DNA from: an uncultured Candidatus Saccharibacteria bacterium
Lineage (GTDB): Bacteria; Patescibacteriota; Dojkabacteria; J137
Assembly: GCA_965230975.1 (NCBI GenBank)
Contig: OZ246402.1
Location: forward strand, 1,120,859 to 1,184,858
DNA: 64,000 nt
Direction of reading: 5' to 3'
A program made the position numbers and the translations under genes. Of the stretch, positions 10,387 through 20,564 are shown one piece after another; position 1 is the first letter of the stretch; each line of letters opens with the position of its first letter. A model generated the notes under the pieces. The model ran no database searches, had not been told where the DNA came from, and was given only the letters and a program-made list of their open reading frames with translations.

Positions 10387-11520
10387 TTAAATAATCGAGA
10401 AGTTAATTCCCCACGTAGATGTAGTAAAGAATAGCAAGACTACTAGAATCAATAGTGAGCTATACTCTACCCACAAAGCATTTGTGTATCTAGTTCTAAC
10501 TTCTAATGCTAAATTTAGCAATATATAGTAAACAACTGCAATCATAAGAATTGAATAAGCTACCTCAACTGGCCAAACTGATGCTACAAATGCAGACAAT
10601 AACACCGTTAGTGTAATCCCCATGCTCTTTATAGATGCTACTTTGTAAGAATTTTTGTTAATAGTTAGCCCTGCATATGTATAAACATATACAAATGGAA
10701 TTAATACTATAATTCTAAAAATAATATTCTGGTAAGATCCAAATGCGTAAATTAAAACTAAGTAGGTAGACAATAATGATAAAATAAAATGAGTAGCCTT
10801 AGCAGCTTGTTCTAAAGGGAGCTTGATTGTTAAGCTAGCATTCAATATATTTGTAGTCAAAAAACTTATATACCCTACCACTATAAACATCAGAGATAAC
10901 CCCATTGAACCTATAAATTTATTTGATAATGTATTTATTGTCTCTATTGTAGTAATTGATAATAGTAAGTATGGAATTAATGTTAAGGTTGGAATAAGTA
11001 CAATATTAAGTATGTTCTTTCTAGAGAATTTATAAAACAGAACCCACGCAGTTAAAAGAAAAACTAAAAACCCAAATATTAAAGATCTTATTATAAGAGT
11101 AATTGCAAATGGCTGTTCTATAACTTGATTTAAATTTAGTATGCCGTCAACATCAGAATATCTAAACTGAGTCGTAGTTGATATATTTCCACTAAGATCC
11201 AATGATGCAATACCGAAGGTGTAGTTTCTAAGCTGATCCAACCCAGTGACCACATACTTATCCACATTAGCATCTACATCTTGAAATTCGGAGTCTTTAA
11301 AGATTCTATAGCCTTTCAAATCATATTCTTCTCCTCTGCTCCAGCTAATCGATATTTCCCCAACAGATGTTTTAGAAATAATAATATTACTAACTTCTGC
11401 TGGAGCGAATAGAGTTTCAAAGCCAACTTTAATTAATGGAGATATTAATAAAAAGGCAAATAGACTTATCAGTAAAGAAGCTAAAATAACCCTCTGCCTT
11501 GTACCCATTCGTTTTAACAT
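10387..11520 (-). CDS. Polytopic membrane protein with N-terminal fibronectin-III-like extracytoplasmic domain
   Basis: 377 aa. Signal/TM segment, then a beta-rich segment (ISISWSRGEEYDLKGYRIF), then about 8 hydrophobic helices. Confidence 0.5.
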   Translation of the reverse strand: MLKRMGTRQRVILASLLISLFAFLLISPLIKVGFETLFAPAEVSNIIISKTSVGEISISWSRGEEYDLKGYRIFKDSEFQDVDANVDKYVVTGLDQLRNYTFGIASLDLSGNISTTTQFRYSDVDGILNLNQVIEQPFAITLIIRSLIFGFLVFLLTAWVLFYKFSRKNILNIVLIPTLTLIPYLLLSITTIETINTLSNKFIGSMGLSLMFIVVGYISFLTTNILNASLTIKLPLEQAAKATHFILSLLSTYLVLIYAFGSYQNIIFRIIVLIPFVYVYTYAGLTINKNSYKVASIKSMGITLTVLLSAFVASVWPVEVAYSILMIAVVYYILLNLALEVRTRYTNALWVEYSSLLILVVLLFFTTSTWGINFSII

Positions 11521-11536
11521 ACTTTTATAATAAATT

Positions 11537-12535
11537 TTAAAGCTTTAATAACTCCATTGCTAATTTTAAACCTTTATCGGTTAAAATTCTTCCTCTTGGA
11601 GTTCTATTTATAATACCAATTTTTAACAAATAAGGCTCATGCACACTTTCAATAGTATCTTGATCTTCTGAGATTGATGCTGATAAAGAGTTTAAACCTA
11701 CAGGTTTATTATTAAAATTCGAATAAAGACTTAATATTAGATCGCGATCTAACCTATCTAAACCATTTTGATCTATCGAAAGCATAGACATTACCTCTTT
11801 AATTATTTCACTATTAATCATCGTTAAGTTATTTACCAATGCCAAATCTCTTGCACGTTTTAATATTCTAATTGCAATCCTAGAAGTCATTCTTGATCTT
11901 TCAGCAATAATCCTTGCCTGCTCTGGCTTTATATCTATATTTAGCATATCTGCCTTTTGCATGATAATTTTAACTAATTCATCAATGCTGTAAAAGTCTA
12001 GTCTCATGTTCATACCAAATCTTTCTCTTAAAGGTGCACTTAGCATAGCTAACTTTGTAGTAGCACCAATAATTGTAATTTTTGGCAACTCTATTCTCAA
12101 TGTTTTAGCACTAGTACCCTTTCCTATAATAATATCTAGCATATTGTCCTCCATTGCAGGGTAAAGGACTTCTTCAATCTGTGGTTTCAATCTATGAATT
12201 TCATCTATAAAAAGGATTGAATAATCCTCCTGTGAAGTAAGTATAGATGCTAAATCCGAGGCCTTGGTTATTAACGAACCATTTGTAACGTAAATATTTG
12301 ACCCAAACTCATTTGCAATAACGTGTGCAAAGCTGGTCTTACCCAAACCGGGTGGCCCATAAAAAAGTATGTGATCCAAGGCCTTTCGCCTTTTTTTAGC
12401 AGACTCTATCATTACGTGCAAATTCTTTTTCTCTAACTCTCTACCTATAACTTCTGAAAAATTTTTAGGTCTTAAAGATCTTTCAAAACCTTCTTCTTGC
12501 TCTCCATTAATTTTTAGATTAGTTATATCTGACAT
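11537..12535 (-). CDS. ruvB: Holliday junction branch migration ATPase RuvB
   Basis: LFYGPPGLGKTSFAHVIA Walker A, AAA+ and RuvB C-terminal winged helix. Confidence 0.95.
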   Translation of the reverse strand: MSDITNLKINGEQEEGFERSLRPKNFSEVIGRELEKKNLHVMIESAKKRRKALDHILFYGPPGLGKTSFAHVIANEFGSNIYVTNGSLITKASDLASILTSQEDYSILFIDEIHRLKPQIEEVLYPAMEDNMLDIIIGKGTSAKTLRIELPKITIIGATTKLAMLSAPLRERFGMNMRLDFYSIDELVKIIMQKADMLNIDIKPEQARIIAERSRMTSRIAIRILKRARDLALVNNLTMINSEIIKEVMSMLSIDQNGLDRLDRDLILSLYSNFNNKPVGLNSLSASISEDQDTIESVHEPYLLKIGIINRTPRGRILTDKGLKLAMELLKL

Positions 12536-12536
12536 A

Positions 12537-13097
12537 TTAACTTTGCTTTAAAAATTCCTTAATAATATCCTTTTCGCTCATTTCATTTATAATTGATGAC
12601 TTTGAAGTTATAAACTCTAACACATCGTTTTTTGAATAGCCAAGGCTAATCAACGCATCCAAAATATCTTTAGATTTTGAATTTAAGACAATATGAGCAG
12701 GTGCTTTTAAATCAATCTTTCCCTTTAACTCTATAATTATTTTTTGAATAGTTTTCTCACCTAAACCTTTAACCTTAAGCATCGAAACATCTCCCTCGTT
12801 AATTGCAGAACAGATAGATTCGATACCTTTTGTGTATATTAAAGAACTAGCAGTTCTTGGGCCTACACCTGAAACTGCTAAGAGTTTTTTAAAAAACCTA
12901 AGCTCTTCAAGTGTTTTGAGTCCCCATAATGATGTTTGGTCCTGTGTGTAGTGAGTATAACAAAATACTGAATAGACTTCGCCATTTGTATAGCTACTTG
13001 AGTCTGCTACGTTAATATTCCAACCAACCCCATTGGAATACAAACAGATAGATTCTGCATCTGAAAAAAGAACCTCGCCCTTAACATAAGATATCAT
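12537..13097 (-). CDS. ruvA: Holliday junction DNA helicase RuvA
   Basis: 186 aa. OB domain, HhH motifs (GVGPRTA), RuvA C-terminal domain. 1-nt gap to ruvB. Confidence 0.9.
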   Translation of the reverse strand: MISYVKGEVLFSDAESICLYSNGVGWNINVADSSSYTNGEVYSVFCYTHYTQDQTSLWGLKTLEELRFFKKLLAVSGVGPRTASSLIYTKGIESICSAINEGDVSMLKVKGLGEKTIQKIIIELKGKIDLKAPAHIVLNSKSKDILDALISLGYSKNDVLEFITSKSSIINEMSEKDIIKEFLKQS

Positions 13098-13101
13098 TTT
13101 G

Positions 13102-13581
13102 TTATTTATTAAATTTAGTTGTATTTAAGTGGCAAATCCCAATGGCAATCGCATCTGCCGCATCATCTGGCTTAGGGATCTCATTTAATCCACAAATCAT
13201 TTTTACCATTTTTTGAATTTGAGACTTCTCTGCCCGTCCATATCCTGTTACCGAGACTTTGACTTGTAAAGGTGTATAATCAAAAATCTCCAATTGATTA
13301 TTAGCAAGAGTTAACAATATTACCCCCCTAACTTGACCTACGTTTATTACAGTTTTTTGATTTTTAAAGAAAAACAAACTTTCAACTGCGCTAACATCTG
13401 GTTTGTAATACTTAATTATTTCATCTAATTTCAAATTTACCTGTTGCAATCTGGAAGCAATTAAATCATCTTTGCTTGTTTCTATTACACCATAATCTAT
13501 AAGGTTATATTTCGAACCAGATTTCTCAATAATTGACCATCCTAAAATCGCAAATCCAACATCAATTCCAATTACTTTCAT
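13102..13581 (-). CDS. ruvC: Holliday junction resolvase RuvC
   Basis: MKVIGIDVGF... RNase H-like fold with catalytic D/E/D/D pattern; 159 aa. Confidence 0.9.
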   Translation of the reverse strand: MKVIGIDVGFAILGWSIIEKSGSKYNLIDYGVIETSKDDLIASRLQQVNLKLDEIIKYYKPDVSAVESLFFFKNQKTVINVGQVRGVILLTLANNQLEIFDYTPLQVKVSVTGYGRAEKSQIQKMVKMICGLNEIPKPDDAADAIAIGICHLNTTKFNK

Positions 13582-13596
13582 AATAATTCATTATAA

Positions 13597-14316
13597 TTAC
13601 CACCAAACTTTTACTATATCATCTAAATCTAATAATTTAGATTCAAATTCTTTAAGAATGTTCAAGTTTTCTTGGTTTATATTAGTTACAATTTTGTTTC
13701 TTAAAATAATTTCGGCATTTTTAATATTCACACTGCTCCATTTTGATATTTCCTGTAAAGCATCTTGAAAACTATCTTTAGATATGAACAATATAAATTC
13801 ATTAGATGTTTCAATATAATCTATTATGCCACTAGTAGAAATGATATTGTCAATGGGATATTCGTTAAAAGATGGGTTAAGTTGCAAAATAACTTCTCCA
13901 ACCTCTTCAAAAAATCTTAAAGCAGATCCAGGCTCAAGTATTTTAAATCCTGCCTTGGAAACAACTAATTTAACTTCTGCAATTGTTCTTGTAGGGTTAT
14001 CTGTTTCTGCCTCTATTAAAATATAGTTATTATTAGGACTTAAAACTTCGTAAATTTTGCTTTGTGTTAAATCTTTATCTTCTGATTTACCAGATGCCTT
14101 GTCTATTGCTTTTTGTATTCTATCAGAAGGGATATTTGCTGCCTTAGCTTTATCAAGTGCTGATCTAAGAATTGGATTTAAAGCGGGATCGATACTCTTT
14201 CCAATCCTCACAGCATTAACTATATCTTTAGATAATCTAGTGAATAACTTACTCCTTTTTGCATCTTGTACTGATTTTGTTCCCCAAATATTTGCGGAGT
14301 GTGAATGACCTGCCAT
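13597..14316 (-). CDS. yebC: YebC/PmpR family DNA-binding regulator
   Basis: MAGHSHSANIWGTKS...RLSKDI N-terminal signature. Conserved yebC-ruvC-ruvA-ruvB order. Confidence 0.9.
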   Translation of the reverse strand: MAGHSHSANIWGTKSVQDAKRSKLFTRLSKDIVNAVRIGKSIDPALNPILRSALDKAKAANIPSDRIQKAIDKASGKSEDKDLTQSKIYEVLSPNNNYILIEAETDNPTRTIAEVKLVVSKAGFKILEPGSALRFFEEVGEVILQLNPSFNEYPIDNIISTSGIIDYIETSNEFILFISKDSFQDALQEISKWSSVNIKNAEIILRNKIVTNINQENLNILKEFESKLLDLDDIVKVWW

Positions 14317-14363
14317 AAAATTTATTTTAGTTTATTAAATTATTATATCAGAAGATAGTAAAA

Positions 14364-15725
14364 CTAGTTTTCGCCAATAACCAAAATAACATTACCTAGT
14401 TTGTTATATTTATAGCCACTATCCTTAATTACAACATTTGGATACAAACTTTGTATTAAAGATATTGTATTGGCATAATCTTTGATATTTGAGTCAATTA
14501 AGTAAAGGGTGGTGTTTTCCTCAATTGTAGAATAATTACCTGAATTAACCACATTACCACCCGAATTTTGTATGATTTTTTTATTGATGGTGGCCAACCC
14601 TGAAACTTTTGAAGCATTCAAAACTTCTATCTTTGCCTGCTCTCTTACAATGTCCAAATCCCTAAAGACTTCTTGGACTTTATTATCAATATCAATTTGA
14701 TTAACATACAAACCCTTCCCTGCAAAAGTATCTATAAAGTATCCATCTTTAATTTGAATATATTGGGATTGGATTGGCAAGTTAGATTGAAAAAAAATAT
14801 CGTTATAAAATCTTAATGCCGAATCTTTATCTAGGTTTGTTTTGAAAGTGTTTGTAAATAAATCTGCCTGAAAAAAACTGCTAATTGTAAATAGTATATT
14901 TCTGTTTGACTGTAACATATTAGTTACAAATAGATTATTTCTATATAAGCTTGACTCAATAATCTCTTCTGACTCTATTATATGTAAATATTTTAATAGG
15001 TCTTCACCTTGTATAAACTCTCCAATTTTATAAAACTTGTTATCAACTTTATAATTTTCATTTAAAGTTAATCCTAGGTTTTTTGTCTTAATAAAATTTG
15101 AGTAGGCCTCATTCTCAGTAAAAAAGTAACCATCTATTCTTACACCTAATAAACCAGCTAGAGAATTTTTAAATATAGAAGTTTTAGTCTCTATATTCTC
15201 GTTGATATTGTTATATAAGGTTTTTAATGTATACGCCTTGTTTTTATAATATATTGATAGACTTGGTTCTACAGCTAATATTTTTAAATTATTATTAGTT
15301 TTATCAAAAGATAGTATTGAAATATATTCTGCAAATTTATTACTATCACTACCCTCTTTAAAATTAACAAACAATATATTTTGAGTCTTATTATTGTATA
15401 AGTTAGCTAACTTTTCTTCTGATTCTACAAAGCTTTGTATTTGAATTTGGTTAGATTTTAGTCTTAAAAATGCAAAGATAGCAATTAATATTGAAATTAT
15501 AATTATCACAAAGAAATAGGTAATTAGTTTCTTTCGTTTGCCTAGTAAACTCTTTGCAAAAGAAAAAAGTGTAGTGAATTTAAGTGAGCTAAACTTATTA
15601 CGCTTAAATTTGTTCAACAAACTCTCTAAAGCAATTGGAAGTTTTATTACTGACTTTGAATTAAGTTTGCTTTTGTTTTTTTTTACAATGAATTTATTTG
15701 TTGGTTGTTTCTTCTTTAGTCTCAT
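14364..15725 (-). CDS. Membrane-anchored envelope protein, possibly LytR-CpsA-Psr (LCP) family
   Basis: N-terminal TM helix. Central region LGVRIDGYFF and ILAVEPSLSIY resembles the LCP core. Weak similarity only. Confidence 0.3.
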   Translation of the reverse strand: MRLKKKQPTNKFIVKKNKSKLNSKSVIKLPIALESLLNKFKRNKFSSLKFTTLFSFAKSLLGKRKKLITYFFVIIIISILIAIFAFLRLKSNQIQIQSFVESEEKLANLYNNKTQNILFVNFKEGSDSNKFAEYISILSFDKTNNNLKILAVEPSLSIYYKNKAYTLKTLYNNINENIETKTSIFKNSLAGLLGVRIDGYFFTENEAYSNFIKTKNLGLTLNENYKVDNKFYKIGEFIQGEDLLKYLHIIESEEIIESSLYRNNLFVTNMLQSNRNILFTISSFFQADLFTNTFKTNLDKDSALRFYNDIFFQSNLPIQSQYIQIKDGYFIDTFAGKGLYVNQIDIDNKVQEVFRDLDIVREQAKIEVLNASKVSGLATINKKIIQNSGGNVVNSGNYSTIEENTTLYLIDSNIKDYANTISLIQSLYPNVVIKDSGYKYNKLGNVILVIGEN

Positions 15726-16308
15726 TTTGTTTTACCTCTTCTAACTTCTCTATCTTATCACTATAACTTTTAAATTCCTTTACTAGATTTTTAGAAGCAG
15801 TAGATGCCTTGTTTTTAAATCTTAAAGCTTTTTCCTTTAAAGAGCTAGTCATGCCTGGCTTTGTTGAGTCTATAACTGTAGGTACCGAAGGTGTTGAATC
15901 AACAATATTTTGAGATTCTAACTTGGTACCTTCAATACTTACTTTAACGGTTTCTGTATTAATGCTAGGGTTTAGTTTTATACTTAATGAAAATTCAATT
16001 TGATCTTCTTTTCCTATAAAGTTTGCAATAGGGATATCTAATCCACCATGAAGCATGCCGTAATGGCCTATATCCTCTTCGTTTTCAGGCCTTATAATTA
16101 TATAAAAGATTAGTGCAGGGAAATTTAATACAAATACTAGAATAAAGAATAGTATTCCAATTTTAGTGCTTTGATATCTTTTTTTTGCGTCTACAAAAAC
16201 CCAAAAAGAAAACATAGCCCATAATGCAAGTATGTAAATAATAAAAAGCTTTCCAACTGTTGCGTAGTCTAAGGTCGAATCAACAATTCCAAGTAGTAAC
16301 TGCTCCAT
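15694..16308 (-). CDS. Hypothetical membrane protein
   Basis: 204 aa; three hydrophobic helices then a charged C-terminal tail. Overlaps upstream gene by 32 nt. Confidence 0.45.
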   Translation of the reverse strand: MEQLLLGIVDSTLDYATVGKLFIIYILALWAMFSFWVFVDAKKRYQSTKIGILFFILVFVLNFPALIFYIIIRPENEEDIGHYGMLHGGLDIPIANFIGKEDQIEFSLSIKLNPSINTETVKVSIEGTKLESQNIVDSTPSVPTVIDSTKPGMTSSLKEKALRFKNKASTASKNLVKEFKSYSDKIEKLEEVKQNETKEETTNK

Positions 16309-16408
16309 TTTCTTTTTTTTAATAATTAATATCGAAGTTTTGTATAGGAGATTTTACTATAAGCTGAGAACAAGCGGAATACAAAATAGTAAATATTTAC
16401 AAAAGTTA

Positions 16409-16491
16409 TACCGAAGGAGGGAGTTGAACCCTCACACCATTGCTGGCAACGGATTTTGAGTCCGTCGTGTCTGCCATTCCACCACTTCGGC
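16409..16491 (-). tRNA. tRNA-Leu (anticodon CAA), class II with long variable arm
   Basis: Manual fold: acceptor GCCGAAG/CTTCGGT, anticodon stem ACGGA/TCCGT, loop CTCAAAA, long variable arm, T-loop GGTTCAACTCC. No encoded CCA. Confidence 0.8.
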
Positions 16492-16552
16492 GCTTTACTT
16501 ATATAGGAGCGCAAGAATTATATCACCAAAACCAGTAATACTTAAATATCAC

Positions 16553-17602
16553 TTAATCTAGAAATGTAATCTCAGCTTTGGATAAGATATCGATAATTTT
16601 ATTGCAAACCTGATCAGTATCCCAGTTTTCTTCTCCATTCTTCAAAATATACCTACCTCCAGATGCTCTATCATGACCTCCACCACTAAAATACATTTCA
16701 CAAATTAACCTAACATTTGGATTTTTTGAGGTAGATCTAAAATTTATTTCAAAATGACCTATTTGACTTTCAATTGGCCTTACATAAAAGCCCCATCCAG
16801 ATCCTTTAACTTCTTTTAGCATAGCTAAGAACTTTCTGTTTTTTATTAGTGTTGAGTCGGGAAACTCACTCACAAATTTTTTGGTAACATATGAATATGT
16901 AACTAGTGGACAATTATCTTGAATCTTAACAACTTGTGAGTGTTTAATTACTTCTTTAAACACTCTAAATGAATCAATTCCGTAACGCTCTGATCTTAAC
17001 TTAAACTCTTCTAAGTCTAAATTTCCTTTGTCAACTAGTCTCTTTGCAGTTATTAGTGCCGAAGAATTATTATGACGAATAAATGTAAAGTGGCCAGTAT
17101 CACCAATTAATCCAATCATAAGGAGCTCTATAATCTCATGTGTCCAACATTCTTCTTCAATGACTCTGTCTGCTAATAGCTGAGTTGTAGAAGCCATACT
17201 TGTGTCTATTAATTCTATAGTATGAAAATCCCCCTCTTTCTTATGGTGATCAATACATATTGTTTTAATATTCAAATCACTAAAACTATTTGCATTATAT
17301 GTAAAACGATCTACAGTGCTTCCATCTACAAAAATTGCTAAATCGACTTTTGGAATATATTCTAAAACTAGGTTATCGCTCCATTTCAAATCTTTAAAAC
17401 CTGTAATTTCTCCAAACTCGGAAACAGGAGCAATTCCTTCAAACACTGGATATAAAGATTTGCCTGAATATTTTAGTGAAAGGTATTTATATACCGAGAG
17501 CAAAGAAGTAATTGCATCACTATCTGGCCTAATATGGCTACAAATCATAATACTCTTTGACTCAGACACTAGTTTATCGAAATTACGTTTAAATTCATCC
17601 AT
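16553..17602 (-). CDS. nrnA: DHH-DHHA1 phosphoesterase, NrnA-like nanoRNase/pAp phosphatase
   Basis: DHH motifs (HIRPDSDAITS, CIDHHK) and DHHA1 GGGH motif (FSGGGHDRASGG). 349 aa, too short for RecJ. Confidence 0.75.
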   Translation of the reverse strand: MDEFKRNFDKLVSESKSIMICSHIRPDSDAITSLLSVYKYLSLKYSGKSLYPVFEGIAPVSEFGEITGFKDLKWSDNLVLEYIPKVDLAIFVDGSTVDRFTYNANSFSDLNIKTICIDHHKKEGDFHTIELIDTSMASTTQLLADRVIEEECWTHEIIELLMIGLIGDTGHFTFIRHNNSSALITAKRLVDKGNLDLEEFKLRSERYGIDSFRVFKEVIKHSQVVKIQDNCPLVTYSYVTKKFVSEFPDSTLIKNRKFLAMLKEVKGSGWGFYVRPIESQIGHFEINFRSTSKNPNVRLICEMYFSGGGHDRASGGRYILKNGEENWDTDQVCNKIIDILSKAEITFLD

Positions 17603-17607
17603 GTTTA

Positions 17608-18144
17608 TTATTTAAATATACTTTTTCTAAAGAACTTTAAAATTTCTATTGATTGAATCACATCATCCATTGCTCTATGAGCAGGATTATCAGCTTTCCA
17701 TTTAATATCTGGGTACCATCTAGATTGAATTTGAAATAAAGGACTTACATCTAGCATTCTATAACTTAAAAATTTTGATAATTTAGGCATTTGGCTATCT
17801 ATAAACTGTCTATCTCTATAAATACCTATACCTGCCATAATAGCTTTGCTTTCAATACAATACTGTTTTAAGAAACCAATGACTAAACCTTCCAGTTCTT
17901 CTAATTCTATACCCTTGCTTTTAACATCAGATATCAAACCTGAAGATGTATGGTGGGTTTTATTCCAATCATCCATTTGACTTAATATTTCATCGTTAAC
18001 CTTTATTGGGTAATTTGGTCCTTTGGCAAGAATAGATAAGTCCTTATCTGTTACTACGCATGCAAATTCTAATATTTTCTCTTTAGAAACATCTAAACCT
18101 GTCATTTCTAAATCTAACCAAATTAAGTTTTCTTCACTTACCAT
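17608..18144 (-). CDS. orn: Oligoribonuclease (DEDDh 3'-5' exoribonuclease)
   Basis: ENLIWLDLEMTGLD...HRAMDDVIQSIEIL closely matches the E. coli Orn signature. Confidence 0.85.
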   Translation of the reverse strand: MVSEENLIWLDLEMTGLDVSKEKILEFACVVTDKDLSILAKGPNYPIKVNDEILSQMDDWNKTHHTSSGLISDVKSKGIELEELEGLVIGFLKQYCIESKAIMAGIGIYRDRQFIDSQMPKLSKFLSYRMLDVSPLFQIQSRWYPDIKWKADNPAHRAMDDVIQSIEILKFFRKSIFK

Positions 18145-18158
18145 ATTATTAATGTTAA

Positions 18159-19505
18159 CTAATCTTCTAAAGGCCCTTCGTAATCTAAATATTTCATGTG
18201 ACTTGGGTGGAACATTAACTTTACTTTACCGACAGGTCCATTTCTATGTTTTGCAATATACATATCTACTTTTATTTTTTTATTATAGTCAATATTATTT
18301 GGGTCTACAGTTTCTTCAGCACCCAAATCTCTGCTTAAAAATAAAACTAAATCTGCATCTTGTTCAATAGAGCCGGATTCTCTAAGGTCTGATAACTGAG
18401 GAACTCTATCTATTCTATTCTCTACAGCTCTATTTAGCTGAGATAGTGCAATTATTGGAATATTTAATTCTCTAGCTAGAATTTTTAGAGATCTTGAGAT
18501 CTCACCTACCTCTTGTGCACGGTTATCTGTATTAGAATTACCCTGCATAAGTTGTAAATAGTCAATTATAATTATGTCTAAACCCTCTTCTATCATTAAT
18601 TTTCTTGCTTTACTTCTTAACTGCATAATATTTATGCCTGGGGTTTCATCTATAAAAATTTTTGACTTAGCTAATTCATCTTGTGCAGCGTTTAATCTTT
18701 TAAAATCTACATCTTTAATTTGAGACATTCTCAACTCCCATAAGTTGATACGTGATTGTTGTGCAAGCATTCTTTCTATTACCTGAACTGCAGGCATTTC
18801 TAGTGAAAATACTGCAGAAGTTCTACCCGTCATGGCAACATTTCTGGCAATATCAAATGCTAAAGCACTTTTACCCACAGATGGCCTAGCAGCTAAAATT
18901 ATTAAATCAGATTTATGCAATCCTCCCAAAAACTTGTCCATAGAAGGGATTCCTGTTGGCAAACCTCTTAGCCCATTTGGATTTTTAGCATATTCATCTG
19001 CTCTTTGAATCTGCATCTCTAGCAAAGTTTTTGTATCAAAAAAATCTTTATTAGAACTAGATACTGTAATTGAAAACAGTTTAGATTCAAATACATCCAT
19101 TATGTCATCTAGTTTTTTTTGCTCTTCCCTACTTAAACTATCAATTGTATAAGATAAGTTAATAAGCTCTCTTCTTACAGAACACTCTCTAATAATATCT
19201 GCATAATTTTCTATATTAGTAGTTGTTGGTACTTCAGATATTAGCTCGCTTAAATATGCGGAACCACCAATTTGCTTTAGCTTCTTATCTTTCTTTAACT
19301 CATTTGTAAGTGTTAAAACATCTACTGCCTTTCCCTCTTTATATAAAGATATAATATTTTGAAAAATGATTTGATGTCTTAAATCATAAAAAGAATCCGG
19401 TCTTAATAGATCAGAAATTTTAGTTAAAGATTGACTATCAATTAGTATTGATCCTAATACCGCTTTTTCAGCTTCTAAATTTTGAGGAGGTGTTTTTAAT
19501 TCCAT
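18159..19505 (-). CDS. dnaB: Replicative DNA helicase DnaB
   Basis: 448 aa. DnaB N-terminal domain, Walker A ARPSVGKSALAFDIA, RecA-like C-terminal domain. Confidence 0.95.
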   Translation of the reverse strand: MELKTPPQNLEAEKAVLGSILIDSQSLTKISDLLRPDSFYDLRHQIIFQNIISLYKEGKAVDVLTLTNELKKDKKLKQIGGSAYLSELISEVPTTTNIENYADIIRECSVRRELINLSYTIDSLSREEQKKLDDIMDVFESKLFSITVSSSNKDFFDTKTLLEMQIQRADEYAKNPNGLRGLPTGIPSMDKFLGGLHKSDLIILAARPSVGKSALAFDIARNVAMTGRTSAVFSLEMPAVQVIERMLAQQSRINLWELRMSQIKDVDFKRLNAAQDELAKSKIFIDETPGINIMQLRSKARKLMIEEGLDIIIIDYLQLMQGNSNTDNRAQEVGEISRSLKILARELNIPIIALSQLNRAVENRIDRVPQLSDLRESGSIEQDADLVLFLSRDLGAEETVDPNNIDYNKKIKVDMYIAKHRNGPVGKVKLMFHPSHMKYLDYEGPLED

Positions 19506-20050
19506 TATGCCAATAATTCTCCTATTAATATTGTGTTTTCTGATACAGTAGCAAAGTCTGCCGACTTATGTTTTACTGAGGTAACCTCTTGCATTGAAGT
19601 AATTCCAACAGATTTATATACGGTATCTAACTCAACTTCTTCTCCACCAAAACTTTTTATAATTACTAGTTTTTTAGGCTCAATTGAATTAACTAAAGGC
19701 TTAGTAGCATTAGCATTTACTAATGGTATAGCTAAGATATCTATATTAACTAAACTATTTAAAATATCCTTAGGAATCTCTTTAACTTGTGTAGTTATCA
19801 CTACTTTAACACCGTCAACATTTAGTTTGATAATATTTATTACGCCTGAGTACAATTCTGTTGGGATCTCAAATCCAGTTACTCCTACTCCAAAGTATTC
19901 ATAGTCACCTGGTTTAGAAATTTCAATATCCTTTGACCCATTATTGATTTTAATAAGCAACTGTCCATCTAAGTTTTTTATAGAGACTGCAGTTTTATCT
20001 ATAGAACTATCTACAGATAATGTTGTACTGTTATTTCTTCGAATAATCAT
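19505..20050 (-). CDS. Hypothetical protein (occupies the position where rplI often lies upstream of dnaB, but is not L9-like)
   Basis: 181 aa, beta-rich, no recognisable motif. Stop overlaps the dnaB start. Confidence 0.45.
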   Translation of the reverse strand: MIIRRNNSTTLSVDSSIDKTAVSIKNLDGQLLIKINNGSKDIEISKPGDYEYFGVGVTGFEIPTELYSGVINIIKLNVDGVKVVITTQVKEIPKDILNSLVNIDILAIPLVNANATKPLVNSIEPKKLVIIKSFGGEEVELDTVYKSVGITSMQEVTSVKHKSADFATVSENTILIGELLA

Positions 20051-20225
20051 AACTAGTGAATTTAATAATTTAGTATCAAATTATATGATACCAAACCCGA
20101 ATTTCCAACCAACAAGTGTATTAAATTAATAAAAAGATGCCTATATTAACAATTGTACTAAATTTAAAGATAAAGAACATTTTCCACTTTACCTAAATCA
20201 TAATTAAAGGTTATAATACACTGCT

Positions 20226-20543
20226 ATGAAAACAAATACACATCCAAACTATACAAATACTGTAATCGTTTGTAACACTTGTAAAAAAGAATACAAGCTT
20301 GGTTCAACAATTACAGATGTCAAAGTAGAACTTTGTGCAAATTGTCACCCTTTCTACACAGGTAAAGAAACCCTTGTAGACACAGATAACTTAGTTGATA
20401 AATTCAACAAGAAAAAAGAGTTGGCAGTTACAAGTTCAGCTAAGGTATTAAGCAAAAAAGAAAAACTTCAACAAAGAAAAGCAAAAGCTATGCAAACTAA
20501 GACCGGAAGCACAAGCTTAAAAGATATGCTTTCAAGGCTTTAA
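20226..20543 (+). CDS. rpmE: 50S ribosomal protein L31 (type A, zinc ribbon) with Lys-rich C-terminal extension
   Basis: MKTNTHPNY...CNTCKK...CANCHPFYTGK. Confidence 0.85.
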   Translation: MKTNTHPNYTNTVIVCNTCKKEYKLGSTITDVKVELCANCHPFYTGKETLVDTDNLVDKFNKKKELAVTSSAKVLSKKEKLQQRKAKAMQTKTGSTSLKDMLSRL

Positions 20544-20564
20544 TACACTTTAGATACCAAACGC

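Noticed and set aside
16326-16514. 62-aa minus-strand ORF
   Set aside because: Completely overlaps tRNA-Leu(CAA); an artefact of the tRNA sequence.
19505-20050. Calling the gene upstream of dnaB as ribosomal protein L9 (rplI) by synteny
   Set aside because: The translated sequence lacks the L9 N-terminal MKVIL...GYARNFLIP signature; left as hypothetical.
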